Shown: positions 7,951 to 17,277 of the stretch, in pieces
Position numbering within the stretch: position 1 is the first letter of the stretch
How the letters are laid out: each line of letters opens with the position of its first letter
Origin: a bacterium
GTDB lineage: Bacteria > Acidobacteriota > Polarisedimenticolia > J045
Assembly (NCBI GenBank): GCA_021372775.1
Contig: JAJFTU010000402.1
Span: forward strand, 1 to 60,694
DNA: 60,694 nucleotides
Direction of reading: 5' to 3'
Translations under genes and position numbers: made by a program
Notes under the pieces: generated by a model
What the model was told of the DNA's origin: nothing
The model's database searches: none
The model's input: the letters and a program-made list of their open reading frames with translations, nothing else

Positions 7951-8603
7951 GGTTCCAGTTTGTCGGTCGGGGGCCGCCCGACGTCGATGAAGGCACGCAG
8001 GCCTCGGCTCCTCGAAGGGTGACGGAGTCGCCGCAAGGCGCGGTGTTCCACTTGCCGTATGTACTCGGGCGTCACTTTGAGCAACAGGCCGACCTCCCGA
8101 AGCGTTTTGGGGCTCTCTCCATTCAGTCCGTACCGCCACTCAACGACTTGGCGCTCGCGTGGCGGGATGGAGTCAAGGGCTCCCGCCAGCGCGGCCAACA
8201 ACTCCTCCTCGGCAAGCGACGCCTCAGCCGTCGGCGCAACCAGCAATCTCTGGCGCGGTGCGGCAGCTAGAGGCAGGAAACGGTCAGAAGGGAATTCCAG
8301 CGCCACATGCACCGGCATCGCGTGCCGGTACAATTCTGGTGGGAACAGGTCTTCGGGGGAGTAAGCGCCAAGTTCGCAGAGCCGAACCGCCGTCCTTCGC
8401 AACAGGGGCCCGCGCCTCTTTTTCTTAGAATCCCGCCGTTCGTAGTAGGGGCTCTTCTTGAACGCAAGCAGAGCGCCAATTTGCGTGCACGAGAATCCCC
8501 GCGCCCGGCAGAAGGCTGCCACGCTGACGAACTCATCGAAGATGAGGTGATAGAGCCGAGCGTTCTTCAACTTCAGCTCTATCCGAATGTCGTTGTCGTC
8601 CAT
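7947..8603 (-). CDS. sigma-70 region 4-containing protein (sigma-like factor)
   Basis: C-terminus IPPRERQVVEWRYGL...TLREVGLLLKVTPEYIRQVEHRALRRLRHP matches region 4.2. No recognisable region 2 in the N-terminal half. Confidence 0.6.
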   Translation of the reverse strand: MDDNDIRIELKLKNARLYHLIFDEFVSVAAFCRARGFSCTQIGALLAFKKSPYYERRDSKKKRRGPLLRRTAVRLCELGAYSPEDLFPPELYRHAMPVHVALEFPSDRFLPLAAAPRQRLLVAPTAEASLAEEELLAALAGALDSIPPRERQVVEWRYGLNGESPKTLREVGLLLKVTPEYIRQVEHRALRRLRHPSRSRGLRAFIDVGRPPTDKLEP

Positions 8604-8620
8604 TGGTGTCCGGGCCGCTC

Positions 8621-9175
8621 CTACGCCGCCTTGCCGTCCTTCTTCTCGTCGAGCGGCAGCGCCTGCTGCGGCGACTGCCGCAGCGCGACCGCGAAGGTCT
8701 CGAGGTCCCGCTTCCAACACCCGTGCCGGCGCGCGATCTCGGCGAACTCCTCGAGGTCGTGCCGCCGGAGGCGGTACATCTGCCGGCCGCGCTCGTCCAC
8801 CTCGGGCTCGCCGGTCGTCTTGTCGTACTTCATCGCGCCGTGGCAGAGCTCGTGGTCGATGAGCGCCTTGCGCTGCGCGTCGCTGACGCCGGCGTCCTCG
8901 ATGAACTGGCGGTTGAGCAGGAGCACGAAGTCGTAGGCGGCGAACTCGCGGTCGAGGTCACTCGCCCTCTTCAGGCGGCCGAGCGTGACGCGGCCGTCGA
9001 CGTCGGGCTTCCAGCCGGTCGCCCACGCGAGCGCGACGCGCGCCTTCGCGAGGTCCTCGTGGAAGGCGTCGCGCAGCTCCTTGAGGAAGCCGTAGAGGCG
9101 GACGCCCGCGTCACTCTTCGGGTCGATGATCCGGTAGTTGACCTTCTTCGGGCCCTTCGGCTTGCGCGTTCTCAT
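8621..9175 (-). CDS. putative phage metallopeptidase (HExxH)
   Basis: ALIDHELCHGAM motif. Basic N-terminus. Confidence 0.5.
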   Translation of the reverse strand: MRTRKPKGPKKVNYRIIDPKSDAGVRLYGFLKELRDAFHEDLAKARVALAWATGWKPDVDGRVTLGRLKRASDLDREFAAYDFVLLLNRQFIEDAGVSDAQRKALIDHELCHGAMKYDKTTGEPEVDERGRQMYRLRRHDLEEFAEIARRHGCWKRDLETFAVALRQSPQQALPLDEKKDGKAA

Positions 9176-9713
9176 CGTCGTTGTCCTCCTTGCCAGGGTT
9201 GCGTTTCAGGATGCCGTCGACATCTTCGGGGCAGGCGACGCTGTCGGCGACGGCCACGGCCAGCGCCAGGGCGGACCAGGCGTGCCCGTGCACACCGTAG
9301 AACGCGCCCGGTTTCTTCTTCGTGCCCGGCGCGCCAAAGCGGTCGAGCAGGGTCTGCCGGATGTAGGACTCTTTCGCGTGGCGGGAGTGGCAGAAGTAGC
9401 GGGAGACGTCCCCGAACTCGACGAGGAACGGGTCCCGCCCGCCGGCCAGGCGCCAGTACTCCGCGACCTGGCCCGAGAAGAACACGGTGTCGAGCAGCGC
9501 CCGGCCGGCCGGCCGGCCGAGGGCTTGGGCCCGCTCGATCGCGAGGATGACCAGCGCGTGCTGCTGCTGCAGGCGCAGCGACCGCGGCAGGATGGCGCGG
9601 AGCAGGACGTCGTTCTTGATGGCCGTGCCGGACTCGAGGACCTTCGGCTCGGCGTGGTCCCACACGACGTAGCCGCTGGTCTCGGGGCCCGGGTCGACCC
9701 CCACAATCACCAT
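9111..9713 (-). CDS. RuvC-like Holliday junction resolvase
   Basis: N-terminus MVIVGVDPGPETSGYVV (catalytic Asp motif), then later ILAIE. The acidic low-complexity tail overlaps the next gene by 65 nt. Confidence 0.65.
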   Translation of the reverse strand: MVIVGVDPGPETSGYVVWDHAEPKVLESGTAIKNDVLLRAILPRSLRLQQQHALVILAIERAQALGRPAGRALLDTVFFSGQVAEYWRLAGGRDPFLVEFGDVSRYFCHSRHAKESYIRQTLLDRFGAPGTKKKPGAFYGVHGHAWSALALAVAVADSVACPEDVDGILKRNPGKEDNDDENAQAEGPEEGQLPDHRPEE

Positions 9714-10831
9714 GACGCCACCTCCCGTAGCGCGAGCTGTAGATTGCTTGTGCGCTCGCGTGCCAGTTCGTCCAAGTACTTCGGGTTGATGTCCGCGCCG
9801 AGAAACCGGCGCCCGTGTCTCAGCGCCACGCGCCCGACTGTCGCCGTGCCGCAGAACGGGTCCAGCACGGTGTCACCGGGCCGGCTGCCGGCGAGGATGC
9901 ACGGCTCGACCAGCGCCTCGGGCATCACCGCGAAGTGTGAGCCGCGGTAGGAGCAGGTCGGGATCGTCCAGACGGTGCGAGCGTTCCGGCCACGCTTCAC
10001 GCTCTCGGCGTCCAACGGTTCGCCGTTGAACCGATACGTCTTATGGCCGTCCGCTGCGACTTGTCGGATGCTGCGCCCGCGCTTCAGCGTGGCCGCGTGG
10101 TAGGGCTCGCAGATCGCGGCTTTGTCGTAGTAGTACCGTTCCGACTTCGCCAGGAGGAACAGGTGTTCGTGCGCCTTCGTCGGCCGGTCTGTTACCGACT
10201 CAGGCATCGGGTTGGGCTTCGACCAGATCACATCCGAGCGCAGATACCAGCCGTCCGCTTGCAGCGCGAAGGCCACGCGCCACGGGATGCCGATGAGGTC
10301 CTTTGGCTTGAGACCTGGCAGGGGCATCCGGTTCGGCGGCGTCATCAACCCACGCAACCGCCAAGACTCGCCTTGCTTGCCGCCGCCCGGGCGCTCGCCT
10401 ACCGAACCGCCGCCTGTCGCGTAACTGTCCCCCAGATTCAGCCACAGCGTCCCGTCATCCTTCAGCACGCGCCGCACTTCGCGGAAGCACTCCACCAGCG
10501 TGGCAACGTATTCCTCGGGCGTGCGCTCAAGGCCGATCTGGCGATCGATGCGAACAGCCCCGCACTTGGCGCACAATTCGCGGTACGGTAGGCCAAGCGC
10601 CGGCTCAACGGCTGGAGAGTCGTGGAACGTCCCGCCGCTCGCGGCCCTGTCGCGTCCTCTGCCCCTGGTTCTGATTTGCTCCTGCCGGTGATCGCACTTG
10701 GGATCGCCGCCTTCCCATGTCGCCGTGCCGTAGTCCCGCAGTCCGTAGTACGGCGGCGATGTAATGCATGTCTGCGCTGAAGCGTCAGGGAATGGCAAGC
10801 GCCGAGCGTCCGCGACGACGAGCTGAATCAC
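9707..10831 (-). CDS. DNA methyltransferase (N4-C/N6-A, beta class)
   Basis: Motif IV TSPPYYGLRDY lies N-terminal and motif I VLDPFCGTATVG lies C-terminal. GTGA overlap with the upstream gene. Confidence 0.9.
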   Translation of the reverse strand: MIQLVVADARRLPFPDASAQTCITSPPYYGLRDYGTATWEGGDPKCDHRQEQIRTRGRGRDRAASGGTFHDSPAVEPALGLPYRELCAKCGAVRIDRQIGLERTPEEYVATLVECFREVRRVLKDDGTLWLNLGDSYATGGGSVGERPGGGKQGESWRLRGLMTPPNRMPLPGLKPKDLIGIPWRVAFALQADGWYLRSDVIWSKPNPMPESVTDRPTKAHEHLFLLAKSERYYYDKAAICEPYHAATLKRGRSIRQVAADGHKTYRFNGEPLDAESVKRGRNARTVWTIPTCSYRGSHFAVMPEALVEPCILAGSRPGDTVLDPFCGTATVGRVALRHGRRFLGADINPKYLDELARERTSNLQLALREVASW

Positions 10832-11157
10832 GCGGCCTCTCCGTCTGCCACGCTCGAGCGGGTTTCGAAGAATCCGGCCAACTCCGGGTAGTCCCGCATG
10901 AGCAGGCGCGCGTAGAACGCGCGGTAGTTGTTGTTCAACTTGAAGGGGTCGGTGCCGTCGGTCTCAAACCGACTCCACCAACGGAGGCGCTCGAAGAGCG
11001 CGCCGATGCCGAAGTGGCCGCGGCCTGTCGCCTTGGCGGCCACCGCGAGCTCGGCGAGCTTGCGGTACACGTGCGGGTTCGCCTCGTGGAACGCCAGGAA
11101 CTCACGCTCGAGGCGTTCTTCGAAGAGCGGCAGGTGGCTCACGCGGACATCTCCCAT
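10828..11157 (-). CDS. hypothetical protein (109 aa)
   Basis: ATG 11157. FHEANPHVYRKL...LNNNYRAFYARLLMRDYPELAGFFETR. Confidence 0.5.
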   Translation of the reverse strand: MGDVRVSHLPLFEERLEREFLAFHEANPHVYRKLAELAVAAKATGRGHFGIGALFERLRWWSRFETDGTDPFKLNNNYRAFYARLLMRDYPELAGFFETRSSVADGEAA

Positions 11158-11582
11158 CGCAGTTTTCCCTGCAGCGGGTGCTTGTCTACGCGGGGCCGCG
11201 ACTCGCACGACCATGAGCGCCCGCGCACCTGGCCGACCAACTTCCAACCGGCCGCCCTGAGACTTGTACCCGGCTCGGTGTCGAGGATGTAGGTGACGAC
11301 CTTCCGGTATCCCATCGCCCTTGCCGCTCGCCAAGCTGCCGCGTAGAGGCAACTGCAAGCGTGCGGCGTGCCGTCCGTCGCTACCCGCGTCACTTCCAAT
11401 GTCCAGCCGTCATCGAGCATCCGCGCGACGGGCCGCCCCACCATCGCCACTCCGACCACGGTCTCGCCGGCCGCGCACGCGATAGAGAACTTCACGCGCA
11501 CGGGCGGCTGGTGGTGCCGGTGGTGTTGACGGACGAACGCGCACGCCTCGTCGAACGACACCGGAACCACGGATAGCCTCAC
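11139..11582 (-). CDS. GNAT-fold protein, XF1762/Mom-like candidate
   Basis: FVRQHHRHHQPP...VVGVAMVGRPVARMLDDGWTLEVTRVATDGTPHACSCLYAAAWRAARAMGY...SLRAAGW. GTGA start overlap. Family call is from memory. Confidence 0.45.
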   Translation of the reverse strand: MRLSVVPVSFDEACAFVRQHHRHHQPPVRVKFSIACAAGETVVGVAMVGRPVARMLDDGWTLEVTRVATDGTPHACSCLYAAAWRAARAMGYRKVVTYILDTEPGTSLRAAGWKLVGQVRGRSWSCESRPRVDKHPLQGKLRWEMSA

Positions 11583-11872
11583 GCCGTCACCGCCACGCGC
11601 CGCGTCTGCGCCTCGGCGATGGACGCCCGCTGGACGGCCCGGGCGTAGGCGTCGGCCTGCGCGCGGGTGCTCTTGACCATCTGAGAGAGCCCGACGTTGC
11701 CCGGCGCGTGGAACCGGCCGGCCTCTTCGAGCGGGTGCGGGCGCGACGCTCGCCCGAAGTTGCAGGCGTAGACGTCGTCGCCGATGAGCGTGCGCGGGTC
11801 GGACTTGTCGCCACGCCAGATCGGGGCGCGGAGCACGTAGCCGTCAGCCTGGACGAGTGCTTCGGTCGTCAT
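11579..11872 (-). CDS. hypothetical protein (97 aa)
   Basis: ATG 11872. Non-shadow composition. Confidence 0.45.
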   Translation of the reverse strand: MTTEALVQADGYVLRAPIWRGDKSDPRTLIGDDVYACNFGRASRPHPLEEAGRFHAPGNVGLSQMVKSTRAQADAYARAVQRASIAEAQTRRVAVTA

Positions 11873-11985
11873 TGGAGCCTCCACCGGAATCGCCCCGCGG
11901 CGTCCTCCAACCACTTCGACCCAATCAGAAGCGCGACGAAGACCGGCACGCCGACGAGCAGCCAGAGCGAGCGGAGGCGCGTCAC
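11869..11985 (-). CDS. possible small membrane protein (38 aa)
   Basis: GTG 11985 with GGAGGG about 8 nt upstream. LWLLVGVPVFVALLIG. Confidence 0.25.
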   Translation of the reverse strand: MTRLRSLWLLVGVPVFVALLIGSKWLEDAAGRFRWRLQ

Positions 11986-12091
11986 CGCCCCGCCCTCCGC
12001 CGCAGCACCTTGGGCCAGTCGATGATGATCACCGCCAGCGCGCAGGCGGCCAGCACGCCCCAAACGCCGACCGTGAAGAGGTCGGCGAGGT

Positions 12092-12562
12092 TCACAGCAG
12101 CCTCGCGTCCGGCGCGGCGCTGGTGTCCGGAGGGGGCGGGGGCAGCACGCTATTCGGACAGGCCGGGTCCGGTCCGGCGACGGCCGCTGTCAACGTGGGC
12201 GCCGACTCGCGGCACACGTGCCGCGCGTAGGGCCGGCCGTCCTTCGTGACGGCGACGGGACGCCCGCACTTCGAGCAGGGCATCATCCGGCGGCCGCCTT
12301 GCGTCGTCATCAGCGCCTCGAGGTCCTTGTGCGCGGCGGCCAGGTCGTACTTGGTCTGAGCCAGTTCAAGCTTGGCCTGGTCCAGGAGCCGACCGAACGC
12401 CACGCTGGCCCGCTGATGCGCGTCCACCATCTCGAAGTAGGCCGTGGTCTGCGCCTTCACCCACCCGCGCAGTCGCTTGATGTCCGTGTGTTGCGCACGC
12501 ACGCACAGCAGCAGAAGCGTTGCCCCGATGGCTGCCAGCCAAAATAGGAAGGTCATCGTCAT
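12092..12562 (-). CDS. N-terminally membrane-anchored coiled-coil protein
   Basis: MTMTFLFWLAAIGATLLLLCV, then a coiled coil, then CSKCG...HVC. Confidence 0.5.
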   Translation of the reverse strand: MTMTFLFWLAAIGATLLLLCVRAQHTDIKRLRGWVKAQTTAYFEMVDAHQRASVAFGRLLDQAKLELAQTKYDLAAAHKDLEALMTTQGGRRMMPCSKCGRPVAVTKDGRPYARHVCRESAPTLTAAVAGPDPACPNSVLPPPPPDTSAAPDARLL

Positions 12563-12674
12563 TCTCCTGAGCCGAGCCGGGCGGTTACACACCGCCGCGC
12601 CTGTCAGGCCCCGGCGCCGCTCTCCCGGTCGGCGCTGGATCTACGCCCCGCTGTGGCAGCGGGCGGGTCGGCCG

Positions 12675-12959
12675 CTAGTCCTCGTAGAGTCGTCGCTCCG
12701 GAGGCGGCTCCGGGGCGGGTTTCGGCCGCTTGAAGTCGTCGCGTTTCTCGCAGGTCCGCCAATGCACGAGGTCCGCCGAGACCACCTCGACATCGCCGTC
12801 GTGCTCGAGCACTTCCGGCGCCTCGTCGAACGGGATCGGCCGTCCCGCCTCGGTGGCGCACCACCAGATCGCGCGCTGGCAGCCACGGCACTCGCTCGCG
12901 CCGCGGCGTCTCGAGCCGCGTGCGCCGTTCACGAGGATGCGGACAGTTTTCGAGGGCAT
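12675..12959 (-). CDS. small Cys-containing protein (94 aa)
   Basis: ATG start. ECRGCQRAIWWC...WRTC. Confidence 0.45.
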   Translation of the reverse strand: MPSKTVRILVNGARGSRRRGASECRGCQRAIWWCATEAGRPIPFDEAPEVLEHDGDVEVVSADLVHWRTCEKRDDFKRPKPAPEPPPERRLYED

Positions 12960-12966
12960 GGGGGCC

Positions 12967-15492
12967 TCAGTCCGCGTAGGGCGGCAGCGCGACCGTCACG
13001 CGGCCGTCCTCGAACCGCAGTTGCGCGTCGGCCATCGCCGCCGCGTCGGCGTTGTGGCTGATGAAGTAGATCCGCTCGAACCCGCCCACCTCGAGCACGC
13101 GGCGGAGCATCGGCACGTAGCGCGAAGCGTTCTCCGGGTCGAGCGGGCCCGTCGTCTCGTCGCGCCAGCAGGTCCGGATCGGGTTGCCGTTCCGCGTGTT
13201 GATGTAGAGGCTGATGGCGTTCTTGAGGGCTTCGTCCACGACGATCTGTTCGCCGCCGGAGAGGTCGCCGAGGTCCCGCGCGTCGCCGCCCCGCTCGTTG
13301 TCGAGCACCTTGACTTCGAAACTCTCCTTGACGCCCTTGCCTGACGCCTTGGCCTCCTGGGTGACGAGCTCCACCGAGAACCTCGGCCCGTAGCAGGACG
13401 TGAGCAGGTCGTTGGCAAAGGCCGTGACCGTCGGGCCGGCCGCGTCGATTTCGAGGACCGGCAGGCCGTCCCGCCCGAGCGCCTTGGCGAGCGTCTGCCA
13501 CTCCAGTAGTTCGGTGTCGATGGCCGTGAGGCGCGTGGAGACGTCGGCGAGGTCCGCCCGGCGTGCGGTCAGGTCGGCTCGGTGCTGCGCCAGCGCCCGC
13601 TCGGCGGCGTCGACGTCGGCCAGGGCGCGGGTGGTCTCGTCCCACCGGGCGCGGAGGCCGGTCAGGGTCGCTTGGAGCGTCGCCGCCTGCTGGTTCCCGG
13701 CGGCCGTGGCGGCGAGCGCATCCTTGGCCGCGACGTACTGGCCGGCCGCGACAACGAGTGCCGCCTCGGCCGCCGCGACCTCGGCGTCCAGCTTGGCCCG
13801 TGCGCTGGCGGCTCGATCATTGACGTTGCCGAGTTCCTCTTCGTAGCGGTCCTGGGCACCGATCCGATCGGCGCCGATGTCCTCGGCGCGGTCGGCGGCG
13901 CGCATCTCGGCGGCCTTGATATCAGCCTCGGCCGTCGCCGTCGTCTCGATGCGCTGCTGCTGCAGCTCGTGGATGCGCGCTTCGGCCGCGGCGAGTTTCG
14001 GCTCGAGCTTCACGGTCTCGAGCAGGTCGTTGCGCTCGAGCGCGAGCTTCGCCTGCGCCGCGATGGAGATGTCGAGCTTGCCCCTGAGGTCGGCCCGCTC
14101 TGCCGCCACGCGCCGCCGCTCGGCCTCTGCCGTCGGGACGGCGGCCGCCGCGGTCTTGAGGTCTGGGATCTTGGCCTCGGCCGCCTTGGCGTTGACCAAG
14201 AACTGACACGCGGCGAACTCGCCCGCTCCGCCGCACGGCACCTTTCCGAGCAGCGCGCAGTCGGCCTCGGCCCGCTGGCAGTCCTGCTGTGCCCGCTGGC
14301 CCTTGGCGAGGTTGGGCACGAGCACGTCCCGGTCTCTGGTGTCGATCGCCGTGATGGCGTCTCGTAAGTTCTGCTGGACCCGGGCCTCATCGGCGAGGAT
14401 GACCGCAAGGTCGGCCGCCCGCTTTACGGCGGCGCGGATCGTGTCGGCCATCGCGACGAGGTCCCGGTTGTTCTTGAGGCGCCCGTCGAGCTCCTGCAGC
14501 GCGGCCGTGAGCTTCGCGTCGATGGCCGCGCGCTCGTCCTCGAGCGTCCGGCCGCTCTTGGCCTGGCGCGCGTCGAGGTCGACGATGGCGCGGTTGCGGG
14601 TGACTTCGATCCGTCGCCGCTCGAGCGTGAGCGCGCCGTCGAGCGCCGAACGGGAGGTGGACAGCCGATCGACCGTGGCCAGGGCGCCCAAGTGCTCGCG
14701 TTCGACGACCTGCACCCGCTGGTTGGCGAGGGCGTAGGCGGCGGCCTGGTCGGCGACCGTGGCGAGCTGCGCCTCGGCGTCGGCGATGGCCGCCCTCAGC
14801 TCGGTCTGTCGACCGACCGCCGCGACGCCGCAGGCGGTGATTCTCGTCATCTCATCGGCGAGAGCCTGGCCCTGTTCCGGCCCCGTCTGCCCCTGCAGGA
14901 AGTCCCGCAGCACGACCAGCTTGTTCCGGCTCGTCTCGGCGAGGCTGGCCGCCTTGCGCGCGATGTCGGCCATCGCCTCGTAGTGGTCGAGGCCGAGCAG
15001 CGTGGCGAAAAGCTGCTTCCGGCCCTTGCGGTCCAGCGTGACGAACGAGCCGGCCCGGTTCTGGCTGGCGAAGGCCGAGGCGAGAAGGACGTCGAGCCGC
15101 GGGAAGGCTTCGGCAACCGCGATGTCGTAGGTGCTCACTTTCCCGTCATTGACCGGGTCCATTGCGCCGTCGACCGTCTCGCGCGACAGGACGGCTTCGG
15201 ACAGCCGCCGGACTCCGTCCACGTTGAGGCGGGCGTGATAGCGGGCGCCGTCATCGAACGAGAAGACAGCCTCAACGAACGAGTCGCGGTCGTGCGCGTA
15301 GTCCACAATCTCGCCGTCGCGCGACGCGAACCGGCGGTAGAGCGCGGCCAGGGGCGCCTCGAGTAGCGTGCTCTTGCCGGCGCCGTTCGGCCCGACGAGC
15401 GCCACGAGGCCGGTCGGGAGTGCGCGGAAGTCGATCACAACCTCGTCGGCGAAGCGGAGGATGCCCTTGACGGTGAGAGCTTCAAGCCGCAT
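12967..15492 (-). CDS. SbcC/Rad50-like SMC ATPase
   Basis: Walker A GPNGAGKSTLLEA. Roughly 600-aa coiled coil. Signature LSGGEQ and Walker B near the C-terminus. Confidence 0.85.
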   Translation of the reverse strand: MRLEALTVKGILRFADEVVIDFRALPTGLVALVGPNGAGKSTLLEAPLAALYRRFASRDGEIVDYAHDRDSFVEAVFSFDDGARYHARLNVDGVRRLSEAVLSRETVDGAMDPVNDGKVSTYDIAVAEAFPRLDVLLASAFASQNRAGSFVTLDRKGRKQLFATLLGLDHYEAMADIARKAASLAETSRNKLVVLRDFLQGQTGPEQGQALADEMTRITACGVAAVGRQTELRAAIADAEAQLATVADQAAAYALANQRVQVVEREHLGALATVDRLSTSRSALDGALTLERRRIEVTRNRAIVDLDARQAKSGRTLEDERAAIDAKLTAALQELDGRLKNNRDLVAMADTIRAAVKRAADLAVILADEARVQQNLRDAITAIDTRDRDVLVPNLAKGQRAQQDCQRAEADCALLGKVPCGGAGEFAACQFLVNAKAAEAKIPDLKTAAAAVPTAEAERRRVAAERADLRGKLDISIAAQAKLALERNDLLETVKLEPKLAAAEARIHELQQQRIETTATAEADIKAAEMRAADRAEDIGADRIGAQDRYEEELGNVNDRAASARAKLDAEVAAAEAALVVAAGQYVAAKDALAATAAGNQQAATLQATLTGLRARWDETTRALADVDAAERALAQHRADLTARRADLADVSTRLTAIDTELLEWQTLAKALGRDGLPVLEIDAAGPTVTAFANDLLTSCYGPRFSVELVTQEAKASGKGVKESFEVKVLDNERGGDARDLGDLSGGEQIVVDEALKNAISLYINTRNGNPIRTCWRDETTGPLDPENASRYVPMLRRVLEVGGFERIYFISHNADAAAMADAQLRFEDGRVTVALPPYAD

Positions 15493-16693
15493 GGGACACC
15501 TCCTGCCGGGCCAGCGTCTCGAGCGCGGACAGCCGGCTCGTCACGTCGGCGATGATCTGCGCCGGGTCCTGGTGCTCGAGCGCGCCGAGCTTGGCCAGGA
15601 CGCCGTCGGTGATGGCCGCGTTGGAGACGTTGCCCCACGCCTTGAGCTTGTCCGGCAGGGTGTGCGCCGCGGCGACTTCCGGCGCGCGCAGCGCGCGGTC
15701 GGGCACGGCGACCGGCTCGACCTCGAGGCGGAGCGCGTCGGCGAAGCGGGCGCGCACGCTGGCGTGGTCGAGAACTTCGCGCTCGGAGGCCGCGAACGTG
15801 TACGTCACCTTGACTTCACAGCCGGCCCACGACTCTGGATAGTCGGCGCTCGGTTCGAGTGTGAAGCCTTCGCGGCTCAGGACGCCGCGCGCCCGGAAGA
15901 GGCGCGGTGTGTCGACCGGACGAGACTCGAGTTCATGTTCCCAGGCTCCCCGATCATCGGTGTATCGAATTACTACGGTCCTCTTTGCCTCGTGCTCGCC
16001 GAAGTCCATCGGGCAGATCGACCCCGCGTACCACGCGCCGCCGATCTCTTGAGGAGCGTGGATGTGCCCCAGAACCTTCGGCACGTCGCCGAGCAGATCG
16101 AGCGCCGCGACGTCGAGTTCTAACTCGCGCCCGATATTCGGTTGGCCGGACGAGACGACGGCCCCGCCGATGTTGATGTGTCCGGCGAACAGAGGCAGGG
16201 CCGCGCCCGCGAGGCCAACCCCGAAGCTCCGCAGGATGTCGCGGAGGTACTCGTCGCCGACTTGTAGCGTCTGATCCGCGGTTGTGCCGGCGGCAATCAA
16301 TCCCCCGCGCGACGGGTACGGCAGGCAGGCGACGGTCAGGATTGCGCTGGTCGGAGTTGGAAGTTGGATGACGATGGGCTGGTCGGCGACGGCAATCGGC
16401 CACGCGGCCGAGAGCTTCGAGAAGATCGTGGTGTCCCCGGTCTGTTCGTGATTCCCGACCAGCGCGCAGACGGGTGCTGCGGTAGCCATCCGCTGCAACC
16501 GTTCAGCAAGGGCGGCGCGGTCGGCCGGCGAAGAGCGTCCGTGGAACAGGTCGCCAAGGAGCACCCACGCCGCGAGGGCTGGCAGCGCAAGCCCATCATT
16601 GATGACCGCGTCGAGCGCGTCGAGCCGCGCCTGATTGCGCGGATGCGTGCTCTGGAGGTGTAAGTCTCCGATCGCGACTATTTCGTGCGTCAT
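15482..16693 (-). CDS. SbcD/Mre11-like metallophosphoesterase nuclease
   Basis: IGDLHL, LLGDLFH, VGNHE, GHINIGG, GHIH motifs. Overlaps the SbcC-like gene by 11 nt. Confidence 0.85.
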   Translation of the reverse strand: MTHEIVAIGDLHLQSTHPRNQARLDALDAVINDGLALPALAAWVLLGDLFHGRSSPADRAALAERLQRMATAAPVCALVGNHEQTGDTTIFSKLSAAWPIAVADQPIVIQLPTPTSAILTVACLPYPSRGGLIAAGTTADQTLQVGDEYLRDILRSFGVGLAGAALPLFAGHINIGGAVVSSGQPNIGRELELDVAALDLLGDVPKVLGHIHAPQEIGGAWYAGSICPMDFGEHEAKRTVVIRYTDDRGAWEHELESRPVDTPRLFRARGVLSREGFTLEPSADYPESWAGCEVKVTYTFAASEREVLDHASVRARFADALRLEVEPVAVPDRALRAPEVAAAHTLPDKLKAWGNVSNAAITDGVLAKLGALEHQDPAQIIADVTSRLSALETLARQEVSHAA

Positions 16694-17268
16694 GCGCTCC
16701 TCCTCGCCGATGGACGCCGACCACCGCGCGACCGCCCGCGCTCGACGCGGTCACGAGTGTTATCCGCCTGGGTCCCGAGATAGAGATGGTCCGGGCGCAC
16801 ACAGGGCGGATTGTCGCAGTGGTGGTTGATTTGCAGACCGGGCGGTATTGGCCCGTTGGCGAGTTCCCATGAGAAGCGATGCGCCAGGACGCGGCGACCG
16901 GATACGTTCAGGTGCCCATGACCGAAGTGCCGAGTTGAGCCGGTCCATTCCCAGCAAGCGTCCGTCTTCCTGACCCTGGCCCAGAACCGCTTGACGATGT
17001 TCTCGCGGACGAGAACCGCCGAAGGATTGTGCCCGTGAACGTAAATCGCCTGATGTGAGCGGTACTTGGCGAGCGGCAAGACCTGTCCACAGCCGCAGGC
17101 GCACAGCGGGGCCTCGGTCAGAGCCGGCCTCGTCTGAGGTCCGTGACCGAGAACGTAGGGCTTCGGCTCGCCCTTGATGTAGCCGAGGCGAGTGCTGCTC
17201 TGTGCGGCGATCGTGGTCTTCTGTCCGCACCCGCACTGGCAGAGGCCGCGAGGGATGGTCGTTTCCAT
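16690..17268 (-). CDS. HNH endonuclease
   Basis: CWEWTG...HGHL...AHRFSWE...INHHCDNPPCVRPDHLYLGTQADN. ATGA overlap with the SbcD-like start. Confidence 0.8.
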   Translation of the reverse strand: METTIPRGLCQCGCGQKTTIAAQSSTRLGYIKGEPKPYVLGHGPQTRPALTEAPLCACGCGQVLPLAKYRSHQAIYVHGHNPSAVLVRENIVKRFWARVRKTDACWEWTGSTRHFGHGHLNVSGRRVLAHRFSWELANGPIPPGLQINHHCDNPPCVRPDHLYLGTQADNTRDRVERGRSRGGRRPSARRSA

Positions 17269-17277
17269 CGTCGGCTC

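Noticed and set aside
6497-7996. N-terminal extensions of track ORFs (helicase to 7996, sigma-like to 8720, SGNH to 28073, 48130-49143, 50384-51463, 51235-52524 and others)
   Set aside because: The extensions are R/G/P-rich shadow sequence that overlaps the upstream gene. Internal ATG or GTG starts coincide with SD motifs or ATGA/GTGA/TAATG stop-start overlaps, so the shorter models were preferred.
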